This document shows, piece by piece, positions 1 through 8,396 of a stretch of DNA of 64,000 nucleotides (position 1 is the first letter of the stretch; the number at the start of each line of letters is the position of its first letter). The notes beneath the pieces were generated by a model. The model did no database searches. It saw only the letters and a program-made list of their open reading frames with translations, and had not been told where the DNA came from. The translations under genes were made by a program, and so were the position numbers. Source of the DNA: Candidatus Heimdallarchaeota archaeon (GTDB lineage Archaea; Asgardarchaeota; Heimdallarchaeia; Hodarchaeales; Hodarchaeaceae); NCBI GenBank assembly GCA_048881705.1, contig JBHLSH010000001.1:140688-204687 (forward strand), read 5' to 3'.

Positions 1-369
1 TCGTAATTTCTTTAGACTAAGTTTTCGGCGGCTTATAATCAGATCTCGTATTCGCTCCCAGATAGGAGACCAATAGTATACAAAATAGCCGGTTTCCTTA
101 TCGCGCACGCGCCTATAACGAGCCAAAGACCTTTCATTCAATTTGTACAACGATTTTCTTACTTCCTTTAGGGCGATACGAGAACTCTCATTTATGGCAT
201 CATCGGGTTGGGATGAAGGAACTTCCGATTTTTCTTCGATCTCTTCATTGAGAAGGTTTACGATTTGTTCGTCAATAATTTCCTTCTGGTTTAGCAGGAT
301 ATTAAGAACACTCACAGTCACGGGATCTGTGAGTTTTAGCATTATGTCGTTTAACTGCGAAAAACGCAT
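1..369 (-). CDS. tfe: Transcription factor E alpha (TFE/TFIIE-alpha), 3' end runs off the left edge; not in the ORF track
   Basis: Manual translation from the ATG at 369 is open to base 1: MRFSQLNDIMLKLTDPVTVSVLNILLNQKEIIDEQIVNLL...IALKEVRKSLYKLNERSLARYRRVRDKETGYFVYYWSP. The (L/I)xEVRKxLYxL...YRRxRDxxTGxFxYYW winged-helix signature is typical of archaeal TFE. Confidence 0.9.
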   Translation of the reverse strand, partial: MRFSQLNDIMLKLTDPVTVSVLNILLNQKEIIDEQIVNLLNEEIEEKSEVPSSQPDDAINESSRIALKEVRKSLYKLNERSLARYRRVRDKETGYFVYYWSPIWERIRDLIISRRKLSLKKLR

Positions 370-509
370 AAATATGACCCGTGTCACTTTTTTGGAAGGA
401 AGAAAAATAAATTTTTCCAGATCCTTCTAGTTAATTCTGGTTGGCTTTTGCACCCACACAAAAAGTAACGAAAAACAGAAGAAACAGGGAGTCGTTTCAA
501 AGGCGCTTA

Positions 510-989
510 CTAGAAGTTTTCCAACTCTTTTAACGCCGCCATTATGGATTGAGATTCCGGCTTCTTAATCTTTACTGCTGGTTCCGTTAATTTTCCCATC
601 AACATGGCCAAGGCCTCTGATGTTTCCTTCATACGAACGCGTACCAGGCCTAGCTGGGCATCAGGCTCGGCTACCACGACGAGAATCCCCCTATCCCCTG
701 ATTGAGCGGTCAATATTTTACCATCAGTGAATTCAGCAAGCATGACGGACAGATTTCCTAGTGCCAGCGCACTACCTTGTTCTGCTGCACCACAGAAGAC
801 TGCTGAAGCAATTGCACCAATGCTCTCTAGATCAAATGCTCCCATTGTTTCGGAAACGAGCAAACGTGATGCACGCGCAATAGTAAGACCTGTACGATCC
901 CCGAGTAACGTCACCTTGATAGATGTGTCACTTTTAAGTAGCCGGGACAGTTCTGCGTTGATTTCATTCTTCTGCAAAACAGGATTCAC
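510..989 (-). CDS. Roadblock/LC7 (MglB-like) domain protein with C-terminal helical tail
   Basis: Roadblock pattern: VTLLGDRTGLTIA, DLESIGAIASAVF, LSVMLAEFTDGKILT, GILVVVAEPDAQLGLVRVRMKE. GTG start. Confidence 0.85.
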   Translation of the reverse strand: MNPVLQKNEINAELSRLLKSDTSIKVTLLGDRTGLTIARASRLLVSETMGAFDLESIGAIASAVFCGAAEQGSALALGNLSVMLAEFTDGKILTAQSGDRGILVVVAEPDAQLGLVRVRMKETSEALAMLMGKLTEPAVKIKKPESQSIMAALKELENF

Positions 990-1086
990 CCTTTAATCTC
1001 AATTAATCTCATTTAGGCCAGTGCCCTTTAAATTCTTTTGCCTATTGATTTAAGGATGCACAGAAATCGGGAACCAAAGTTGGATT

Positions 1087-1806
1087 CTAGAGTACAACAA
1101 TGACAATTACAAGGGCAATTACTGACCCCGCCAACAGAGCCAATAATGTACGGTTCTGGGTCAGTTTTCTCGAAATTTTCCCTAATGTTGATTGAACTTT
1201 CTGCAATTTAGAATTTACTTCGTTAATTTTTGTATCGATTTTATCGATTTTAACTCCCTGTTCATCCAAACGCCGAGCTAGGGTACCTAGATTCTGGGAT
1301 ATTTGGGTTATCTGTTCATTCATCCTATCCATAGAAGTTAAAAAGGAATTTTCAAGCATTTGGAGGCGTTCTTCTAGAGTTCCCACATTTTTAGAGGAAA
1401 TTGCTTCTCCTGGATATGCAATTTCATAAATCCGGGTACCAACACCCGTTTGTTCTTGGGGGCTCGCTCTTAAATCCATAGTTTCGATTGATTCGCTGAT
1501 TTCTCCCAACGTTCCACGAAGTAGCTGCATTTTTCGTTTTGTTTCATCAATTTCCCTAATCTTTTCATTTTGTTTTTTGATATCTCCTGGTTGAAGAAAA
1601 CGAGGCATAGATGCAAGTAATTTGGATGTCAATGAGCGTTTCTGGACCACTTGTTCTGACATTCCTCCCGAAAGATCAGCAGCCATTCCTTCCATCGATT
1701 CTAAGACAGAGTCTAAGTCATGAATGAAATTTACGAGAAGTTCTTTCTCGGTAGGTTCATCAGGTTTTTTAAACCATTTACTCAAACGTTTTGTAAAGAC
1801 CGACAC
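1087..1806 (-). CDS. Tail-anchored Q-SNARE-like protein
   Basis: C-terminal heptad region MDRMNEQITQISQNLGTLARRLDEQGVKIDKIDTKINEVNSKLQKVQSTLGKI, a basic linker (SRKLTQNR) and a terminal 20-aa hydrophobic helix TLLALLAGSVIALVIVIVVL. Confidence 0.78.
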   Translation of the reverse strand: MSVFTKRLSKWFKKPDEPTEKELLVNFIHDLDSVLESMEGMAADLSGGMSEQVVQKRSLTSKLLASMPRFLQPGDIKKQNEKIREIDETKRKMQLLRGTLGEISESIETMDLRASPQEQTGVGTRIYEIAYPGEAISSKNVGTLEERLQMLENSFLTSMDRMNEQITQISQNLGTLARRLDEQGVKIDKIDTKINEVNSKLQKVQSTLGKISRKLTQNRTLLALLAGSVIALVIVIVVL

Positions 1807-1984
1807 GTTTTTTTCGCCTGTTAAAGGTATACTCGGTAATGATTAGTTATAAATTGAGTTTACGCAGAATGTTATCCGCTCAATCTATTTATCGCTTTAT
1901 AAGAATAACTCAAAACGATATGAGACGGGAAATTTGGTATTACCAAGCAAAAGGGCCGTCTAGTAAATATGAACGAATGGTGTT

Positions 1985-3259
1985 TTAGTAAATCAGGTTG
2001 CCGTTTTCAACCACTAAACAGCCGTCCTTGAATACTTTCTCAGCTAGATTGATCCCATAATTGTAAGAAAAAAATTTGTGATTAGGAGCATTAAAAATCA
2101 CAATATCCGCTCTTTTTCCCTCCTCAAGGCTTCCTATGTCATGAGCTCGATCGATAGAATGCGCTGCATTGATAGTTGCAGCGGTGAGCGCTTCGGCTGT
2201 TGTCATTTTCATTCGAAGAACACCAAGAGTCATCATCATCTGCATAGACTCGCACATATTTGCTGCACTTACATCGGTAGCTAAAGCGACAGGTAATCCC
2301 TTATCAATTATGGCACGGGCATCCGCGTAAGTCCCTACATAGCAGAATGGAGAAGTTGGTAAGAAGATGATAATAGTACCTTGATCCTTAAGAGCTTCCA
2401 CTTCGTCCATTGGGGTGAATATCAGATGATCTACGGAGGTTACATCTCCTAAATCGGCAGCCAACTTAGCTCCCCCACTATGAGCCAACCAATCGCAGTG
2501 ATTTCTTAATTTCAATCCGTATTTTCTACCCGTTTCCAAAATCCGACGGCTTTGTTCAAGGTTGTAGTAGCCTCTTTCGCAAAATACGTCTATATATTCG
2601 GCTAGTTTTCGTTTGGAGATCTCAGGGATCCATTTTTCGACAATTTCATCGACCAAGTCGTCCACCCGCTCTTCAAATTCTGGTGGTATCCCCTGTGCCA
2701 GAAAAGTTGGAACGAGGTCAAGAGGATGGAGTTTATTCAGAGTGTTAATTATTTCCAGCTGTTTAATCTCCCCTTCGAAAGTCATTTCATATCCGCTTTT
2801 CGCTTCAATAGTGGTTGTTCCATGAATAAGCATCTTGTCTAGTATTTTGGAGGTTATTCCAATCTGTGTTTTAAAACTGGTCGCTGCAGTTTCTTTTAAC
2901 GATTTATTCATACCTCCGCCTTGAGCTTTAATCTCCAGATATGGAACACCTAATACAGCCATTTTTTCAAGTTCATCTTCTCTGGTACCAGCAAATACCA
3001 GATGGACATGAGGATCGATTAATCCTGGAGTCACAAGTTTTCCTGCGGCATCTACAACTTCAAATCCTTTATTAAGATGATTTAAAACATCCTGCGTCTT
3101 TCCGACAGCAATTATCCTCCCGTTTCTTACCGCTACGGCACCATCACGAATGATTCCCAATTCTCTCATTTTTGTTTTAACTCGAGGATCCTCACTTGAC
3201 CCGTTAAGCGTTACCAGTTCATTCGCATTAATAATAACGAAATCTGCTTCTAAAACCAT
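1985..3259 (-). CDS. hutI: Imidazolonepropionase
   Basis: PGLIDPHVHLVFAGTR, GTTTIEAKSGY, DVFCERG, SVDHL, LATD, TINAA motifs. Start moved to the ATG at 3259 (MVLEADF), which has a GGTGG RBS and removes the overlap with glnA. Confidence 0.93.
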   Translation of the reverse strand: MVLEADFVIINANELVTLNGSSEDPRVKTKMRELGIIRDGAVAVRNGRIIAVGKTQDVLNHLNKGFEVVDAAGKLVTPGLIDPHVHLVFAGTREDELEKMAVLGVPYLEIKAQGGGMNKSLKETAATSFKTQIGITSKILDKMLIHGTTTIEAKSGYEMTFEGEIKQLEIINTLNKLHPLDLVPTFLAQGIPPEFEERVDDLVDEIVEKWIPEISKRKLAEYIDVFCERGYYNLEQSRRILETGRKYGLKLRNHCDWLAHSGGAKLAADLGDVTSVDHLIFTPMDEVEALKDQGTIIIFLPTSPFCYVGTYADARAIIDKGLPVALATDVSAANMCESMQMMMTLGVLRMKMTTAEALTAATINAAHSIDRAHDIGSLEEGKRADIVIFNAPNHKFFSYNYGINLAEKVFKDGCLVVENGNLIY

Positions 3260-3288
3260 TTTTACCACCCGTATTTCTATTGATGATC

Positions 3289-4617
3289 TTAAACATCTAA
3301 ATATCTCTTTCTTTCCCACTCATGAACATAAACGTTGAAATCGTGCCATTCACGAGTTTTAACCTCGAGATATTTTTGGTAAAAATCCGAACCCAGTGAT
3401 TCTTCAAGGTCGCGATCTTTTCGAAGGTGATAAAGCGCCTCTCCGAAATTTCCTGGAAGTGTTTCAATTCCTCTTTCCGTACGCTCATTGGGACTCATTT
3501 TATAGATATCCTCTTCAACAGCAGGAGGGGGTATTAGTTTCTTTTTGATGCCATCTAGTCCTGTTGCGAGTAGGGCAGCATAAGATAAATAAAAATTGCA
3601 GGAACCATCAGTAGGACGATACTCCAGCCGCGCGGCTTTCTTTTTTCCAGGTGGGATTCTAATCAGCGTTGAACGGTTATAATTGGCCCATGAAATGTAA
3701 ACAGGGGCTTCCCATCCCGGCACAAGGCGTTTATAAGAATTAACTGAGGGATTTGTTATGCCTGTCAGACCTTTTGCATGAGCAAGAATTCCTGCCATGA
3801 ATCCTAACGCCATATCACTTAAGCCATGAGATTGAGCAGGATCCGCGAAAAGATTAACCTTGTTTTTATCATCCCGTAGATTAATATGGGTATGCAACCC
3901 TGCTCCGTATTCTCCGTGGAACGGCTTGGGCATAAAAGACGCGATGACTCCCTTTTTGGCAGCAATTATTTTTGTTAGGAATTTAACAAGATAAATAGTA
4001 TCCGCCATTCGTAATGCTTGATCGTAGGCCAAATTGAACTCGCTTTTTCCATGAGGAACCTCATGGTGATGTTTTTCAATTGCAATTCCTATTTGGCTAA
4101 AGTGTTTGGTCATTTCAAGACGAAGCTCTGCACCACGATCTGCTGGGGGAGAAGCTAGATATCCTGCTTCATCGATCAGTTTGATTTTATCGTGTTCTCT
4201 CATTTCAAACAGGAAGAACTCGATTTCACTCGCCGTATAACTGTTGACATTAGCCCCTAATGTGCCTTGAATGTTCTTCAAAACCTTTTTCAAAATAAAA
4301 CGGGGATCTAACTCGAATTGTTTGGTTGAATCTGGCTCGTACAAATCACAAACTACTCTTGCGACCCGTTGTGGAAACAAACCATGTGGAAGCACAATAA
4401 AACTACTGGGATCAGGTATCAACTTAACGTCACTCTTGCTGACATCAACCACTCCTAATGAACTACCATCCGTATGCATTCCTTCCTCAAAGATAGTCGA
4501 AAAATGCTTGACGGGAACCCAAAGCGTATGAAGGATACCCACTAGATCAGTGAATTGTAAAGCAATTTCTTCAACCTTTTCTCGTTCCATTACTTCCTCA
4601 ACTTCATTAATAGGCAT
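3289..4617 (-). CDS. glnA: Glutamine synthetase type I
   Basis: LQFTDLVG, DGSS, SEIEFFL, HHHEV, FMPKP..G..G.GLHTH, SYKRLVPGWEAP, NRSTLIRIP, RLEYR. Confidence 0.88.
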   Translation of the reverse strand: MPINEVEEVMEREKVEEIALQFTDLVGILHTLWVPVKHFSTIFEEGMHTDGSSLGVVDVSKSDVKLIPDPSSFIVLPHGLFPQRVARVVCDLYEPDSTKQFELDPRFILKKVLKNIQGTLGANVNSYTASEIEFFLFEMREHDKIKLIDEAGYLASPPADRGAELRLEMTKHFSQIGIAIEKHHHEVPHGKSEFNLAYDQALRMADTIYLVKFLTKIIAAKKGVIASFMPKPFHGEYGAGLHTHINLRDDKNKVNLFADPAQSHGLSDMALGFMAGILAHAKGLTGITNPSVNSYKRLVPGWEAPVYISWANYNRSTLIRIPPGKKKAARLEYRPTDGSCNFYLSYAALLATGLDGIKKKLIPPPAVEEDIYKMSPNERTERGIETLPGNFGEALYHLRKDRDLEESLGSDFYQKYLEVKTREWHDFNVYVHEWERKRYLDV

Positions 4618-4727
4618 GGATCAGGCTTCCTTATCCGATTTACTAACTTACAGGGATGGTTAAAACCATCTTTTAAGGGGTTATTTATGAAGCCTGACCA
4701 CGGAATGAATTCAAGGAGATATGGCAT

Positions 4728-5924
4728 TTGATATACCGAGATTTAAAACGTCAGATAATCCAAGAGGCCAGAGACTTGGAGGAGTACATCGTCCAAACAC
4801 GTCGTCATCTCCATATGCACCCAGAAACAGCATACGAAGAACATAAAACTGCAGATTATATTGAAAATGAACTAAAGAACCTTGGGTATGACACTGAAAG
4901 AACTGCGGGTACTGGGATCCTCGGAATCCTTAATAATGATTCTCAAGGAAAAACTGTGGCCTTACGGGCTGATATCGACGCGTTAAATATTACTGAGGAG
5001 AATGATATCCCATACAGAAGTAAAGTACCTGGAAAGATGCATGCCTGTGGACATGATGCTCATACAGCGATGTTATTAGGTGCGGCCAAAATTCTTTTCA
5101 AGTACCGAAAGGTTTTATCAGGTCCTCTGAAGCTGATATTTCAACCTGGGGAAGAAGGCAAAGCTGGGGCAAAGAAAATTGTAGAAGAGGGGCAGCTTGA
5201 CAATGTGGACACGATTTTTGGTCTTCATGTCTGGCAAGCATCATCATCGGGTGAAATAGCAACTGGGGCGGACGGGGCTTTATTTGCTTCCTCAGACCGT
5301 TTCACAATTAGAATTTCTGGGATCGGGGGACATGCCGCAATGCCTCATGAAACTGTGGATCCGATTCCTGTACTTTTCGATATATACAATGCACTCCAAA
5401 AGGTAATTTCACGTGAGATAGATCCCTTTGAACCAGTTGTGTTAACCATGCCGCGGATCGTGGGGAGTAGTGCCCACAATATAATCCCATCGGTTGGGAT
5501 CCTAAATGGAACGCTTCGAACACTAAATCCCAGGGTTCGCTCACGTATCTTGGATCGCCTTCAGGAGGTGGTCGTTGGATATTCACGAGCGTGGCGTTGC
5601 AAGGGATCAGTCAATATTGATCCCCTAGGCTATCCGGCCTTGATCAATGACAAAGATACCACAAAGAAGATTATTACGATACTCCATGATCTAGATGAAG
5701 TAAAACCAGCACCCCCGAGTATGATTGGCGAGGATTTCGGATTTTATTTACAAAGAACCAAAGGAGTTTTTTTCACTCTAGGGATCTACAATAAAGAAAA
5801 AGGGATAATTTATCCACACCATCATCCTCAATTTCAGGTAGACGAGTCGGTACTTTGGAAAGGAACCGCGATCTATGCCATTTCGGGCCTCTATTATTAT
5901 TTCAGCTCGGATTTTGAACCATGA
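4728..5924 (+). CDS. M20D family amidohydrolase
   Basis: RRHLHMHPE, LRADIDAL, MHACGHDAH, FQPGEE, GIGGHAA, GEDF, HHPQF. Confidence 0.9.
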   Translation: MIYRDLKRQIIQEARDLEEYIVQTRRHLHMHPETAYEEHKTADYIENELKNLGYDTERTAGTGILGILNNDSQGKTVALRADIDALNITEENDIPYRSKVPGKMHACGHDAHTAMLLGAAKILFKYRKVLSGPLKLIFQPGEEGKAGAKKIVEEGQLDNVDTIFGLHVWQASSSGEIATGADGALFASSDRFTIRISGIGGHAAMPHETVDPIPVLFDIYNALQKVISREIDPFEPVVLTMPRIVGSSAHNIIPSVGILNGTLRTLNPRVRSRILDRLQEVVVGYSRAWRCKGSVNIDPLGYPALINDKDTTKKIITILHDLDEVKPAPPSMIGEDFGFYLQRTKGVFFTLGIYNKEKGIIYPHHHPQFQVDESVLWKGTAIYAISGLYYYFSSDFEP

Positions 5925-5943
5925 AATCTGGTTGGATTTTTAT

Positions 5944-7434
5944 CTACAGCTTTCGTTTTCGGATCAGTTGAACACATTTGGAAATGTCTGGGGCCAATTC
6001 TCGGTCATGTATTAAAGAGGAGACTACCTCACGGATTGTGGAGTGGGTTTTCTCAGTTTTTGGTGCAAGAATGTCTTTATTTTCGGCTAAATCTATGGCT
6101 TGTGCCGCGCATAGTAATTCAATGGCCAGGATGTTGTGCAAATTTTGAATTATTTTTCGAGTTTTTGACGCTGCGGATGTACCCATAGAAGAAAAATCTT
6201 CTTGGTTTGCAGAAACTGGAATTGAATCAACAGAGGCAGGAGACGCGAGATGGTTGTTTTCAGCAACCAATGAGGCGGCAGTATATTGGGCGATCATTAA
6301 ACCAGAATTAGGCCCCGAAGTAGGGGCGAGAAAGGCAGGCAAACCACTAAGACTTGGATTTAACAAGCGTTCAACCCGTCGTTCTGAGATCGTTCCAATC
6401 CCTGTCATGGCTAGCCCCAAGAAATCCATTGCGATCGCAACAGGATGACCATGAAAATTTCCTCCAGAATAAATCTGATCGACCGAGAAAATCAGGGGAT
6501 TATCAGTAGAAGAGTTCATTTCCACCTCTACCACGTTTTCGGTATATCGAACTGCATCTAAGATAGCTCCGTGGACTGCTGGAACACAACGCAAGGAATA
6601 AGCATCTTGGTGAGGTATCTGATGCCGAACGCTCTTACTTCCATCCAAAATATCCAATATTTCCTTCGCTACATCTATCTGACCAGGATGTGGGCGAGCT
6701 TGATGTATCAACGGATTTAAAGCATCAATATTGGCCCTGTGCACCTCCATACTCATCGCAGTTGCTAGATTAGCGATCCTGATTAGATATTTTGCGTCTG
6801 CAACTGCTAATGCGGCGATCGCTGTCATTGCTTGTGTTCCATTGAGTAAGGCTAGTCCATCTTTGGCTCCCAATCGAAGGGAGGTAAGCCCTACCTTTTT
6901 CAGAGCTGCTCTACCAGTAATCCGTTGGCCACCAAAATCCACCCAACCTTTACCGATCAAAACCTGTGATAGATGTGCCAGCGGCGCAAGATCCCCACTC
7001 GCTCCAAGACTTCCCTGAGAGGGAACTACGGGGACAATATCGTGGTTTAATAGATCGACAAGGAGCTCGACCACTTCCAATCGTACCCCAGAATGTCCAC
7101 GCACAAGTTTATTGATTTGTAATACCATCATTCCCCTAACTACTTCTAAGGGTAGTTCCAACCCTACCCCTGCGGAGTGACTAAGAACAAGGTTTTCTTG
7201 AAGTTGATATACATCATCAGAAGACACCGGTACTTCCTGGAGATGTCCGAATCCCGTTGTAACACCATAAATTCGTCTATTCTGCTTCAAAACAGTTTGA
7301 ACGATATTTGCGGCCTGTTCTATTCTTGAAACAACCTCGGACGCTATTTCTACTGCATATTTGTCTCGTGTTATCAAAATTATATCTGAAATAGTAAGAG
7401 ATTCTCCATCTAATGTAACGACTGGCTTTTCCAT
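5944..7434 (-). CDS. hutH: Histidine ammonia-lyase
   Basis: IYGVTTGFG, MIO-forming GASGDLAPLAH, LLNGTQ, QDAYSLRC, GGNFHG, SANQED. Confidence 0.95.
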   Translation of the reverse strand: MEKPVVTLDGESLTISDIILITRDKYAVEIASEVVSRIEQAANIVQTVLKQNRRIYGVTTGFGHLQEVPVSSDDVYQLQENLVLSHSAGVGLELPLEVVRGMMVLQINKLVRGHSGVRLEVVELLVDLLNHDIVPVVPSQGSLGASGDLAPLAHLSQVLIGKGWVDFGGQRITGRAALKKVGLTSLRLGAKDGLALLNGTQAMTAIAALAVADAKYLIRIANLATAMSMEVHRANIDALNPLIHQARPHPGQIDVAKEILDILDGSKSVRHQIPHQDAYSLRCVPAVHGAILDAVRYTENVVEVEMNSSTDNPLIFSVDQIYSGGNFHGHPVAIAMDFLGLAMTGIGTISERRVERLLNPSLSGLPAFLAPTSGPNSGLMIAQYTAASLVAENNHLASPASVDSIPVSANQEDFSSMGTSAASKTRKIIQNLHNILAIELLCAAQAIDLAENKDILAPKTEKTHSTIREVVSSLIHDRELAPDISKCVQLIRKRKL

Positions 7435-7934
7435 GGTAATTTACTCCTTGTCATCATTTTTTTATAGGTCGTTGGGTATTCTAAGACAAATGTATAAGTT
7501 TTATAGCGTTTAGTGGACGCTATTATGGAGTAAGGCATGAAAATTATTAATGTTAATGAGGTGTATACTTCAATTTTAATAAACCAAGAGGTTTTCTACC
7601 GATGGAGAAAGTTGTATTCCCAATTTCTGAAACCTTATCCTATGGGTCGTAGTGGGGTTTATTTTTGCCATTATAATAGAATTGACACATGTTACATTTA
7701 TAAACGAAAAATTGAGCCCAATTACGAACGATCAAAAAATTTGAAAGGAAGAGTGGGGTTTCTGGAGTTGTCAACCCGACCTGTTCCATGCCTATTTCGA
7801 GGGGAATGAAGCCCTATCTCTCTTATCTTAAGTTCATATCTTGCCGGGAACTTTTCCACAGGCCAGTACTATTTATTTTATCAGATAGCTTATTTGCCCG
7901 CACTCCTGATTAACAAAAAACGAGCTAATGGGCA

Positions 7935-8369
7935 TTGATCCGTAATGATGTTGCCTTTATCATTGGATACAAGTTAGGAGAACTCGCTCGTTACTTGGAA
8001 CTGGCGATTGAAAGATCGAGTCGGACACCCAAGCGAGAAAGAGTTCTAGTTAGGGCCTTATATGTATACGAGACGTTGAAAAATCTAGAATCGGATCTAT
8101 CCCAGCTTCAATTCGCCGACGATGTGCATAAAGACATTGATACGTATGTCCAGCGGTTGGGCGAAAAGTATGGAGAGATTAGAAGACGTTTAGAAGAAGA
8201 AAAACCTCAAATGCAAGATAATCCGATGTGGGTGTCAAAAATAAAGCAAAAACTCTCCGTAATAAAACGAACCAATCAGGTTCTTGGGATGGAGGAAGTT
8301 AAGAATCTCCAGATTAAGCTTAAGTTCTGGAAAGACAGATTAACGATAGGTATGTCCTCCCAGCCTTGA
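7935..8369 (+). CDS. Hypothetical all-helical protein
   Basis: 144-aa ORF (TTG start) with protein-like amphipathic helices filling the gap between hutH and the converging fusion gene. No family recognised. Confidence 0.55.
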   Translation: MIRNDVAFIIGYKLGELARYLELAIERSSRTPKRERVLVRALYVYETLKNLESDLSQLQFADDVHKDIDTYVQRLGEKYGEIRRRLEEEKPQMQDNPMWVSKIKQKLSVIKRTNQVLGMEEVKNLQIKLKFWKDRLTIGMSSQP

Positions 8370-8396
8370 AAATTCTATTTTTTAAATGGTAAACAG

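Noticed and set aside
143-430. Plus-strand 95-aa ORF in the track
   Set aside because: Antisense shadow of tfe, which has the recognisable motifs on the minus strand.
7537-7809. 90-aa ORF upstream of hutH
   Set aside because: AT-rich promoter-like DNA, no motif and unusual composition. Not supportable as a gene.
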